Source of the DNA: Lobosporangium transversale
Lineage: Eukaryota
NCBI RefSeq assembly: GCF_002105155.1
Contig: NW_019029003.1
Coordinates: forward strand, 186,001-250,000
Direction of reading: 5' to 3'
Length of the DNA: 64,000 bases
A model generated the notes under the pieces. The model was not told the DNA's origin. It saw only the letters and a list, made by a program, of their open reading frames with translations, and made no database searches. Position numbers and translations under genes: made by a program. Each line of letters starts with the position of its first letter. The stretch's first letter is position 1. This document shows positions 41,692-52,991 of this stretch, piece by piece.

Positions 41692-42134
41692 ATTTTGGCG
41701 TTTGTCTCTTTCTTTCGCAAAATGGTCCAACAATGTTTATTTATTTTAATATTTATTTAATTCACGATGGGTCATATACGTAATTTTACATTCATAATTG
41801 TATTATCTTTTCTCCACTGCAACCTATTTCCCTTGTTGTATGAATATTCGATTAGATTAATAGGGTACAGATGTTGTGGATCTCTCTTTTCTATTTCCCC
41901 TCCAAAGCTTGTCATTTCTTTTGCTAGTGTTTTCGTTTCTATTAGTGCCTTCTGTTCTATCAAAAGGCAAAAGCACAAAAATAATTTACTTAAACGCTCA
42001 AACAGGGAGAAATAACAAAATAAATAAAGATATTGTTGTTGGGTGTAGGATGAAGCCTTCTATGTGCTTCTTTGCCTGTTATTTTATTTTGAATGTTTTA
42101 CCCTTGGGAAACCTAGTTCTAGTATAGACTTTGT

Positions 42135-42569
42135 CTACAACAGTTGTGAGGTTCGAGGGGGGCGAATCTTAGAGGTAGTAGGGCGACGGGTAGGAATCAC
42201 ACTATCAGTTTCAGTGGGGTAGACAGGTTCAGGTGTGGGGTAGACAGGTTCAGGTGTGGGGTAGACAGGTTCAGGTGTGGGGTAGACAGGGCCAGTTGTG
42301 GGGTACTCGGTAGGGTAGTCAGTTCCGGGAAAGTCAGTAGGCCAAGGGCATGGAGGATAGACTGTCACGGTGGATACACCAGTAGTGCGAGCTGGACGGG
42401 TCACAGTTACGGTTTTGGTGCCAGTGGGGAATGGGATAGTGGAAACCCAAGTTTTGGTGACCGTGACCGTAGCGGTAGTCGTCCACACTGGAAACGTTGT
42501 AACTGGCTTTGCAGCCACAGCCTGGACAGCGACGAGGCCAAGGATTAAAACAGAGGCAGAGAGCTTCAT
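42135..42569 (-). CDS. Small secreted Thr/Pro-rich protein (144 aa) with PVYPTPE repeats
   Basis: Signal peptide MKLSASVLILGLVAVQAVAA; TVTV motifs; 21-bp repeat x3-4; TATA-like element (minus-strand TATATAAA) ~42681-42688. Confidence 0.75.
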   Translation of the reverse strand: MKLSASVLILGLVAVQAVAAKPVTTFPVWTTTATVTVTKTWVSTIPFPTGTKTVTVTRPARTTGVSTVTVYPPCPWPTDFPGTDYPTEYPTTGPVYPTPEPVYPTPEPVYPTPEPVYPTETDSVIPTRRPTTSKIRPPRTSQLL

Positions 42570-43965
42570 GGTTTCTGAAAGTAAATTGTTAACAAGGGGA
42601 CCACTATATTCTAGTTTTGGTGTTGCTGTAGACGTTGATGTTGGTGCTGATAGTGTGAAGTTTTTGAGGAGAAGGTCGCCTTTATATACTTTCCAGACAC
42701 GCATGCTTGCCTAGAGAAGGTTGGCGTTTTATCTCAATATTATGAGATTGGTACTTTTTTTTTTGTTGATTCTAAGGAAAATGTGATTGAGGGAACATAA
42801 TAGCACGCCGGAAGCCTAAATGTCCCTTGCCTTGGAAGAGTGTTCTTTTTTCTTTTATTGCATTTGTCATTTCTCACACTCTCAGAAGGACGGCGTCAAA
42901 CCAATTTACATGCAAATTATCTTGTGCAACCTGCAAGGGAACCCAGATTGACAATTTGCAGCCCCAATGAACAAAGTGGCCATTTGCCCTGGTATTCAAA
43001 GTTCTAGAAAAATATTATATATATATATATATATATACTCACCTAAATGTCCAATAAATAAGCGCATGTATTCTGATAACGCTCTCTCTTTTTTTTTTTT
43101 TTTTTATTAAAGACATGGCATGGCGCTCATACATATGGCTTCAAGTTCTTTTGGGCGAACAAATCACTATTTTTTCTTTCTGTTTCATTTGCCACACAAT
43201 AAAAAAAGGGCTGCTCCACATGTCATTGGTTTTGACCCTTGCAGTCCTAAAAAAAGACGTCTCCCTCGCCCTTGCTTAACGCCAACGTTCAAAGGTTAAA
43301 AAAAAAATGAATCCCTGTCTTATATCATTATTTATGCTTGTGTTCCGATAGATGTTTTTTAGGTTTGAGGATGGATAGTATCAAAGGGCGTTTCACCCCC
43401 ATTAAAGTGTCATCCATGCCGTGTCTCTCAGAAAAAAAAAAGGCATGATGCATAAATATGATTTAATAAGTGCGCCCTGAACGTCAAGAATGCACTATTA
43501 TAAAACACTACAGCCTACATTTATCTATCTTTGCTTCATGTGCACAAGAAAGAAGAGACACAAAGCAGTCGTGGGTAGATAGTTCTATCAAACCCTGAAA
43601 AAAAAAAAAAAAAAAAAAAAAAAAAACACCCTAATCGCTATTTGTCCATGATGTCGACAACTGGTGATGAAAATCACTTCCCAATTTTTTTCTTTTTTTT
43701 TTTCTTCAACTTTTACTGCTTTCTCTTTGATTTCTGTAGCTGAACCTACAGCAATACAGACACGCATCTAGTCGCAGATTTTTTTTAGAAAAAAAAAAGG
43801 TTGAGAGGGACGCCAGTTAACATCCCAATAAAGGATCAAAAACAAAAAATAGCGCTGCTATCCTCTTCATCTGTCATTTCTCTTTGGCAGGACAGAGCGT
43901 TTTTGTCGATATCACTTTCCATTCTTGAGTTATCTGAGAAAAAAGGTGGACCATTTTCAAATGTA

Positions 43966-45301
43966 CAGTCACCTGAAATAAAGTTTGGACAAAATGGATT
44001 TTCTTGATTTTTTTTTGAACAACCTGGACAAACAGCTCATATGCAACATACATAAAGACTTCATCAATACACATGAAATTTTACATGCTCACTAAAGAGG
44101 TCAATACTGTTATTTATTGGGGTTTTGAAGACGGCATTGTTAGAGTAGCAAAAGTGCCATGTAGGTTCAATAGTGAGTGTTCCTACCATCGACCCCATTC
44201 ACTTCTTCCAGCCTTTCGGGCATGGTAGCGACAAGGCTGGCCAGCCTCTCTTGCGGTAAATTATTCCACTCTTCGATAAGAGCCCGTGTGAGAGTGGGAA
44301 GATCTCTTGGCCCTTTAGCGCGCCTATCGAGTGCATCCGCAAGAAGTGACCATACATGTTCAATAGGGTTCAAATCTGGGGAGCATGAAGGCCAGTCTGG
44401 AATCCTGGGGATGCTGTTTTTTTCGCGCCATTCTTTTGCAATCTTACAAGTATGAACTGGAGCATTATCCTCCATAAGTATGCCATCCTCTACCTCAGCC
44501 ATAAATCTGGCTAGCTCGCCTTGATATACATCTTCCACGAAACACCGTCCATCTTTACGACCTCTTTCAAATACAACCAACCGAGACTTTCTGGTTGCTG
44601 TGAACGCCCCCCAGACCATCAGAGTTGTTCTACCACTTTTGAAAGTGGGTGCGAGGCAATCATGATCGTACTTTTCCTCTACTTTACGCCAAACTCTTAT
44701 TTGACGAAAATGCTCACCAACTTCAAATGATGATTCGTCAGTCCAAACTACCCGATTCCAGTCTTCCATGGACCAACTCATATATTTTTTGACAAACTGC
44801 AGCCTCCTTTTTATATGTCCTTCTTTTAAGAATGGTTTTTTTACTGCAATCCGGCTGAAAATACCCAGTGAATGCAATGCCTTCGCAACTGTCCTCTCGC
44901 AAACTTTGTTCGGCAATTGGTTAGTGATATCATTAAGAGTACACCTTCTATTCTGCTTAGTATGGCGAACGATGCTTCTGAGGTCCCGTTCACTTAGTAC
45001 TTTGGGCCGTCCTGGGATCGGAGTGCAAGCAGTGGTGTCTCTTTCTTGGTACACCCTGATAATATTAATAACAGAGGTTCGGGGTACACCGCGTTGCAAT
45101 GCGATTTCCGCAGCCTTCATGCCCGCGAGGTGCATTCCAACGATGATACCTTTATTCTCAATGTCTAAGTGTCTCGCCATGGTGGTTTACTCAAGCTGTT
45201 TGTATGTGAAAAACAGGAAGGAAAGAGATTGAAGGAAACGCTTCCCTACGTAACTATTTCAATATTTTATTTTTTTGTCCAATCTTTGTTTCAGGTGACT
45301 G
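43966..45301 (-). mobile_element. Tc1/mariner DNA transposon, 1336 bp, intact
   Basis: 29-bp TIRs CAGTCACCTGAAAyAAAGwTTGGACAAAA (2 mismatches); TA TSD at 43964-65 and 45302-03; full transposase ORF. Confidence 0.95.
44167..45180 (-). CDS. Tc1-like transposase, 337 aa, DD35E
   Basis: N-terminal HTH with GRPK, 'WTDES', 'MEDNAPVH', 'WPSCSPDLNPIEHVW'; 35 residues between second D and E. Confidence 0.95.
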   Translation of the reverse strand: MARHLDIENKGIIVGMHLAGMKAAEIALQRGVPRTSVINIIRVYQERDTTACTPIPGRPKVLSERDLRSIVRHTKQNRRCTLNDITNQLPNKVCERTVAKALHSLGIFSRIAVKKPFLKEGHIKRRLQFVKKYMSWSMEDWNRVVWTDESSFEVGEHFRQIRVWRKVEEKYDHDCLAPTFKSGRTTLMVWGAFTATRKSRLVVFERGRKDGRCFVEDVYQGELARFMAEVEDGILMEDNAPVHTCKIAKEWREKNSIPRIPDWPSCSPDLNPIEHVWSLLADALDRRAKGPRDLPTLTRALIEEWNNLPQERLASLVATMPERLEEVNGVDGRNTHY

Positions 45302-45447
45302 TAGGCCATATTTCGAAAAATTCAAACTTTGTGTTCAATATCAATTTAATCGCACTAAGTCCATGTAAATTTTTTTAAACTAGTCACTGTTATCACTATT
45401 TAATAAATACTTTTTTTCGTATCTTGACCTAGGAAACCATAGGCTTT

Positions 45448-47642
45448 TTATGCCTTTTTATGGTGCTTCCTTCTTGTCAAGGGCTCTTCTTCCTCTTCCT
45501 CTTCTTCCACCTCCCGCGCTGCGCTTTCCTGTCTTTTTTTGGTGGCCAAGGTGCCTTTCATCTCTTGTTCCCTCCGTTTATTTTTTGCACGAATGGAAGC
45601 AATAAGGTTGCTGATAGATTCAAGAGCTCCACCGTGGATATCCTGCATATTGTAAATGTTTCTGCTTAGTCGAGCGAATTCGATGCCAATTAGCTTCCTC
45701 TGAGAGTACCTGGAGGGATCTGTGGCACGCATTCTTGGAGTCCAGTGACGGAGCGCCAACACTAAGCCTCTTTCTGGATCGCCTTCTTCCCATTGCTTAA
45801 CTGCCTCTCTCCAATGCGTAATATCAGGGATCCTAGGAGCCACCGGTGGTTCGCTCTCTTCATGAGTAAGATGCGCCAGCGATGGCAGTGACCGTGGCAC
45901 CGGATGCTGTGTATTAATGGCTGTAGCTATAGGCAACAATGAACCTTGAAAGAGTGATTGAATTTGTTGAGTGATTGCTGTTCCAAGATTCATTACTTCT
46001 TTTTGTATATCTTTTAATTCTTTTTGCATTTCTGTCATCTCTGTGTTAATCGCAATCCGCAAGGTATCAAGCGCGGTATCCAGTCCTTGTCGAGTTACCA
46101 TTTCTGTGGCGTTAGGATCTCCCATAAACATGGCGTGTCGACTAACGTTTTTCACTGGAGAGAGCATATCACCGTAGCCGGCCTCATAGCGGATGAACTC
46201 ATCCAACAGGTATCGCATGACTGTACCGACCCCTTCACCTTCAGACCAGCCGCCCCACCACTTCACTGCCTTGAAGGACCATTTCTCCTTTGCAAACATG
46301 AAGCGATGCTGTGCCCCACCGCGGCGGAAACAGTGGGTTGTGTATCGACCGTTACGTCCAGTAAGGAGATCTGCATCTTCCGTAAATTCATCCAACAAAG
46401 ACTGGATTTTCGGATGTGAGAATGACTCTTTGAGTTTGATACGGCCCTTGGTGTCCATCGATGGGAATACAAAGTCTTCAGGATGGAGTGCTCGGCTATC
46501 TTTCTCCATCCAACGGATCCAGGTTAACAATTTGGTGTAGCTGCAAGCATGGGGCTCGTTGGGTTGTGGATGGATCTCATACACATTAGCTACCAAATTA
46601 ATAATAAATATTGTCATTGAGAATTTAGAAACATAGGTGTAGGAACAAGTATCAGGTACGCGGGAAGATCAAGGTTTCGTGAAGACCACGACGTGATTTA
46701 GAAAGAACAAATCTTCAGGACGGCATCAGCACCTTTTTCAGCATTCGCCTGATTTGTTTTGCGAAAAGTTAGAGTGATTTTAATGTATGGTCGCCCACAA
46801 TCTGTCTTAAAATTGAGCTCGATATCCTTTCCTTGAAGTCTTAGTAGTTCCTCATTTCTGGTTCGATAGAAGAATAGTATCAATCATCATTAGTGAGAAA
46901 TTACTGACAATAGGTGAGGTTTTAAGTATTACAGAACCACAGATGGGAGCGAAATGTCACCTTGTCCACAACGTGAAGCCTGTTGCAGCAAACGCTTGAA
47001 AAAACAAGCATAACCCTTCACCATATTTTGCAATGACATCTGGCTTTTGGAGATGCTCCATCAGCTTTGATAAATCTTTATAACTCATGGCAAGGCTTTG
47101 TTTGCTTTGACCATTCCTTCCGTCGCGTTTCTTAAGGGAGAGCATGTAGTCCTCGAATGACTGGTCGTAAACAGGATTTCCTATAGAAAAGTACAAAGTA
47201 AGCGATGATTGACTAGTAAAACACTTTAATTGTTGCTTTGGTTCTTCAACGATTACAAACCTATCCATTGCTTGTTCTCAAATCGCCAAAAATCACCCTG
47301 GCATTTGAATTGATCTTTGAAGTATTGCTTGAATGAACTTCGAATGCCCTCGGCGGTTTTGTATGACAGGCTGTTCTGGTCACACTTGAAGGCGACAAAA
47401 GCCAGAAGGACAATCGGCGTCACTTCGCTTAATTCATCGAACGCAGCTGAATACTCGCCGCCCATAGTAAGAGCATACCTCTTCCCTCGCTCAACATGAC
47501 CTGAATAGCTGGTCTTTGTTTTCGTAGCAAAACGATGGGCTGTCTTTGTTTTTGCTGCGTCTAAGGCACCATGTATATTATTGCTTATATTGATATTAAC
47601 CTGGGTATCTACAGGCGGGGCCTCTGAGGCATCGGGATCCAT
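45448..47642 (-). CDS. Crypton-like tyrosine recombinase, 622 aa; exons 47642-47261, 47180-46961, 46857-46733, 46589-45448
   Basis: Spliced frame is open (1869 nt). 'WIG|NPV'; catalytic R 'LWTR|NEEL', K 'FRKTNQ', HxxR 'THCFRRGGAQ', W 'WWGGW', Y 'MRYLL'. C-terminal domain 'WREAVKQWEEGD..L..W...YSQRKLI' reminiscent of GCR1_C. Confidence 0.85.
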
Positions 47643-47829
47643 CTCAGATGATTGAGGGGAGGAGGCAGAGAGAGGGGAAGGAAGAGAAGATGAAGGATAG
47701 GGATGTCAAAACGTTCATAAAATTATACAGATTTATGAAAAATTGATCCAGACTTAATTAAAAATTATTTAACATATTTTTTACAAATAATTTAACCAGA
47801 GTTTGGATTATGCATAGTTGAGCCTACAA

Positions 47830-48690
47830 ATTTAGATGCCCATTCAAAATTTTTCATAGGAAGTTACACGCCTCCAAATGCTCTTAAGGCTTTGTACACA
47901 TCAAATTAGAACTAAAATCTCGATTTTTGATTGGCTAAATCTTATTTATTATGATGTCACTGTTATTGTTAAGGGTGTCAGGGACTATATTTCCAAGTCC
48001 CAGTTTGCTGGAATACGCCAATGAGACCAATATTTTTTCACCTGTTCAGCAATATGACCAGACATATTTTTTCGATATGCGTCCATGCGATAGCTGTAAG
48101 TAATAAACCATCATATGTTTGCTCTTGACATTATAAAGGGAAGCTCCAATACAAGAAATATGAAACTATTTACAAACATATTGTTGATTATCACAAGGAA
48201 CAATAGTTTCGATAGATTTGTTTGTGGGGTTTTTAGGCATCGCAGTAAAACTAAAGGAAGAGAGAGATGGAGTACCCACGGCAACCGCTTTGAGTTGTTA
48301 CCTTTTAAAAAAGGTCATAGATCGTGAGTTGCCTATATATGCTTTTCTAGTCTTCATGGTGTTGGCTGCATTTGGGGTTGCAGTATTTGCCAAAAAAAAA
48401 AAAAAACACGCCCTATTAATCCACTCTTCCACCTCAGTTTCATCCCCTGAATCTCGTTCAGTCTCTGGATCGTTGCTGATATTCTTCCAGTTCTGTATAT
48501 GTTGAGATTTCACTCACTCCTCTCCAAGCTGGAAGCTACTAAAGTCTATATCAACTGAGTCATCGATGACCTCTGTCTGCAAATTCTGGAGTGATATCTG
48601 TAAAGCCTGTTCTACTTCAACAAACTTGAGTTGTACTTTTTTTTGTCGAGCATCTCGCAACTGCCTCTTTCTTTTATTCAAGTCGCCCAT
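47830..48690 (-). pseudogene. Decayed ORF of the outer IR element (possible transposase N-terminus)
   Basis: One frame from ATG 48690 reads MGDLNKRKRQLRDARQKK...EE*VKSQ...RKAYIGNSRSMTFFKR*QLKAVAVGTPSLSSF... with in-frame stops, then frameshifts. Left end approximate. Confidence 0.4.
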
Positions 48691-49606
48691 TATAATTTAT
48701 AGATTATATATTAAGGAAAACAATAACTTTTCTGAGTGTGCAGAGAGATGATGATTGACTTTAAGAAGAGATGTACACCAAAATGAGTGGACTAATTAAG
48801 GTTTTTTCCTAAATTTTTCTGCGACTAGATGCGGGTCACTATCAGGAGTAAATGAAAAGTATAAAAAGCCAAAGTGCTCCATAACGCAAATATTTTGCTT
48901 CACAGAGGTCAAGCGGGGTTACTGCGTTTTTAATTATAGCTGTGATCATAAAACATTAACTGTGCTAAAAACGAGGTGCCCTAAAAAGAAAAAGAAAAAT
49001 ATTACCCATGAAGCACAGAAATAGATTGCATTACGTTGCGATCATTTTTCTAATATGATCATCACTGTCTGACGCTTTAGTTTCCTTGACTCTCCGTAGT
49101 CGAAAGTGAGTATATTGCCTATGTTGTGTGTCTATTGTAAATTTCAAGTCGACGGCTTGGACTCCCCACCAGTAAATAGCGTTTCTTATGTATTCATTTT
49201 GTCCTCCATCAATAACAACACGTCTTAAAATACGTGACCGACCGTTTTACAATTGACTAATGTCACATGATCTGCGGAAGATTTAGTCGGATAATCTCCA
49301 GCTGGATAAAAAAAATCTGGCTTGTGGACAAGTATAAATTTAGAAAGAAAAACTTTAAAGTTCCTTCTGTGTAACGATTCTCACCATGTGTGAACAGTTG
49401 TGAGAATTACCCTGTGTAACAATATCGAAATTTGATTGATGGTTGCAGTGCCATGATAACTACGTTCAGTGGGCATCGTGGACAAATGACCATATTTTTG
49501 CTTTTTTATTTTTATTATTTTTATCATGATTTCGCGCAATCTATGAATTGGTATAGCGCGTATCTTTTACACCCAAGTATTAGGCTTGATAAGGGCAGGA
49601 TATCCT

Positions 49607-50448
49607 TTAGGCGCGGGTACCTCTGCGCCCCCATTCCGTCTGATGCTTTGGCTTCCCGGAAGGCTTGGGCTTGTGAGACTTCTTGGAGGGCTTGGAGGGC
49701 TTGGAGGGCTTGGAGGGCTTGGAGGACTTGGAGGGTTTTGCTGGCCGAGTAGTGCGGCTAGGCTTGGTAGGACGAGCGGGTTGAGAAGTTCGGGTAGGAC
49801 GAACAGATTGAGAAGTTCGGGTAGGACGAACAGATTGAGAAGTCTGAGTAGAGCGAATAGGTTGGGAGGTTTGAGTAGGACGAACAGGTTGCGAAGTTTG
49901 GGTAGAGCGAATAGGTTGAGAAGACTGAGTAGGACGGATAGGCTGAGAAGACTGGGGAGAACGAATAGGCTGCGAAGTCTGGGTAGGACGAACAGACTGA
50001 GAGGACTGAGTAGGACGAACAGACTGAGTAGGTTGAGTTGACTTTGGGGGCTTAGGAGGTGGGGTGGGTTCTCTACTGACAGCAATACAGATAGGTTGAC
50101 CAACATCCAAATTGGCGCAATCGCCACGCAACTTGAGGTTCCACCTTCTCATATCAGCAAATGTGATACCATGAGCCTTTGCGCTATGTGGTGAAATATT
50201 AATTGGTTAATGGAATGGTTTTGTAATAGTGCGTAGCAGATGTTCAAAGCTGTCTATGCGGACGTTTTTGAGTTTTAATAACAAAGGCAAATAAGAGGCA
50301 AAAGAAACAAGACTTACAAATCAATGCAGGTCTTGTCTTCTGGTTTGACAATGACAGTTTTGATGCATTCTTTGACAGGGATGGGGACGACAGCCATGGC
50401 CTGCGAGGCAACGAAAGCGAGGGCAAGTAGAGGGGCGACGATTTTCAT
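49607..50448 (-). CDS. Secreted LysM-domain protein with basic Pro/Ser/Thr tandem-repeat tail; 2 exons
   Basis: Signal MKIVAPLLALAFVASQAMA. Cys-type fungal LysM 'ECIKTVIVKPEDKTCIDF|AKAHGITFADMRRWNLKLRGDCANLDVGQPICI'. ~11 x 9-aa repeats, then (PSK)n. TATA-like element ~50606-50613. Confidence 0.87.
49684..50044 (-). repeat. 27-bp (PTQTSQPIR-like) and 9-bp (PSK) coding tandem repeats in LysM gene
   Basis: Visible repeats gtaggacgaacagattgagaagtt.. and ggagggctt. Confidence 0.85.
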
Positions 50449-52991
50449 GATGTGCTATGGTTATGAAGGATAAGGGGTAGGGGAATAGATGTCGAATGGA
50501 AGTGGTTGATGAGACGGCTTGTTGAAAGATAGAACGGGATCTTTTGGAAGGTGAAGTGCGACTTGAGGGAAAAAAAAAAATCGAAAAAAGGCAACCTCCA
50601 GATCCCTTTTATACTTGATTCTGGCCGTCAGTTTTGCTTAACATAATTGCATGTATTTTTTCTGTCCAAATTGAGCCAGAAATAGGCCTAAGGTCATTTT
50701 ACAACTGCAGGATATGACTACATGATATTTGAGTCCACTTCATTTCTGAAGTACGTACATTCATTGGATGAAATTAAATTCCTTCTCTCCCTTTTATATT
50801 GAGGGGACCATATTAATAGTAATAGAAGGCTCTCTGTTAGAGAAACAAAAGAGGAAAACACAGTAATACACACAACAATGGATCCCAAGAGAGATCTCAG
50901 TAGCAATCTGAAAGTAAATAAGCTGAGGCACCAGGTGTTGTATGAAGTCACCAGAAGCGAAAATATATAATTATTCATATATAAATCACTGAATGTGGGC
51001 TCATCTACAATGTATTTCCTTTTGAGGTAAAAAAAAAAAAGTTCTATGAATACATTCATACACTCATATCCTATTCTTCAGACTATATAATCATCTCCAC
51101 CAAAAAATACAGAGGAATATATGTGTCGCCTGCTTTTCTTGAATGGATCAATGTATGGAGTATGAGGGGTCATTTTTAAAAAAACGATTCACAAAATAAG
51201 TGGGGAAGATATTTTTTGCTGTGCAATATACAGGAGCGTTAGTAAAAATAAATCGCAATTTTTTCTTGATTGGTTTCCCTTGATTCAACAAAATTAAACC
51301 AAAATGTAAGCAAGCTTTTTTTTTATCCGTCTGGTGCCTGAATACAAGGTTCTTCACTTTTGGTTACGTCCTTTTGCCTTGTTGTCTATGCTTTCGGATC
51401 CCTAAACGTGCTAGGACGTATATAATGAAAATTGATGACGTATTATCCGGGTAACGGCTGTTTACTTTGAAATATCTATGCTTGAACTAGGTTTCGAGAG
51501 GAATGGGCATCATTGTATCAAGAAAGGAGCTACGAGGCATTGTTCTCTTATATCCATGGTATGATGAGGACATTTCAGTGCTAATTGGTAGTAAATCATA
51601 TCTTACGAATCAATCTATTCCAGTTTTGATGACTCCATATAAAATGAATGTACCATTTCACCAGTCGATGTATTTAACTGGACAAGCCTCACTGAAAAGT
51701 CACGGAGGTTTGTACGTGGTTTTTATAACTTAAGAGCGCCGCTTTCGAATGGCATGTTAATCGAGACTTCATCTGTTCAACTGTCCAAGTTTTCAAGTCT
51801 GGAAATTGAAAAACAAAAACAGAGTGCTTTGACACTAGTCCCTGGCGGCATGTTCCCTCCTATTGTCTCAGGCCAAACCTACTGAAAAACCAGGTGCGCT
51901 ACGGAGCGATGTGCGCTCAATCAGTTGCATTATCCCAGGAACAAATGATTTTTGGTGACAATGCCAAAAACCCTGGCCACAGCTGGATACAATTTGAAAG
52001 AATTGGGGCAGGTTTATTGATACGTCAAAGTTCTATACTTAGCGGGCAGTGCATCTTTGTCATCACGGCTATGGCAACGAAGGCGTCAAGTGAACACTCC
52101 ATGAACACATTGCGAAATTATATGTCGGGAGATTTGGGAAAAAAAGGTCTTTTTAGCTTTGCCCTAGTGGGAAACAGAGGGAAATGTTAAAAGGGGTACA
52201 GGACAAAAAAACTCGGTTGATAAAAACATCAACAATCACTTGTTTTTCCCCAGTTGCTGAAAAAAAAAAAAAAATGGTTGTTGCACAACAGCACAACAAC
52301 GTTTATATTTGGTGAAAAATAGAAAAGGTTCATCATATTTCCAAGTAAGTGAAAAGCGGCTCAGCCTTTTCAATGTTCACTAAAAAAAAAAAGCATTGCT
52401 ATTATGTATATATCGTACACGCCATCGGTTTATTCTTTTTTTTTTTTTTTTTTTTTTTTGCTGTTTCTACAGTCCGTCATCGAGTTGGCCTTCAAGCTGG
52501 TGACTATGGCTCTATGCCTGTCTCCACCTCCATTGCGAGCTTTTGCGTGCTGTGCTCCAAATAGAAGACAGAGAAGGTTGCTTGTTGTTGATAGGCATCT
52601 ATTAGTTGTTTTATACAAGGGGGTACAAAAAAAAAAAGAGCAAAAAACTTAAAAAATCGAGCTGTAAACTCTCGCCCTGGCCTTCTGCACAAGAAACAAC
52701 TAGGAGGCCCTTCCGCCTCACATGGCGTCTCTTGAGGAAAGACGGGTATATATTCGTTGCCACGTCTGGAGAATGCTGACTTTTCCTTTTCTCTCTTTGC
52801 CTTTTGTTTCTTCTTCTCTCTTCTCTCTTCTCTCTTCTCTCTTCTCTCTTTTTTCTTCCCACACATACTTCCTTCCTCCTTCACTCCCTTCCTCCGCTAT
52901 TCACATACTCCTTTCCTCCTTCACTATTCACATACTCTTTTCTTTCACTATTTCTCACCACCTACTTTCATCTGCATACAAACCCACACAC

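Larger units (their letters stand above)
43757..48839. mobile_element. Putative ~5.1-kb outer element bounded by inverted repeats, hosting nested Crypton-like and Tc1 elements
   Basis: Perfect 16-bp IR CGCATCTAGTCGCAGA at 43763-43778 and reverse complement at 48818-48833 (19/20 with extension). TA symmetrically outside at 43755-56 and 48840-41. Decayed ORF starts at 48690, just inside the right IR. Confidence 0.6.

Noticed and set aside
49567..50127. Alternative-frame and antisense ORFs (49567-50127, 49586-50041) over the LysM tail
   Set aside because: Stop-free shadows of tandem repeats; only the 49607 frame joins the signal peptide and LysM exon.
51400..51810. Possible third Tc1 remnant (minus-strand '*TDEVSINM')
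   Set aside because: One weak motif, with no TIR and no second catalytic motif.
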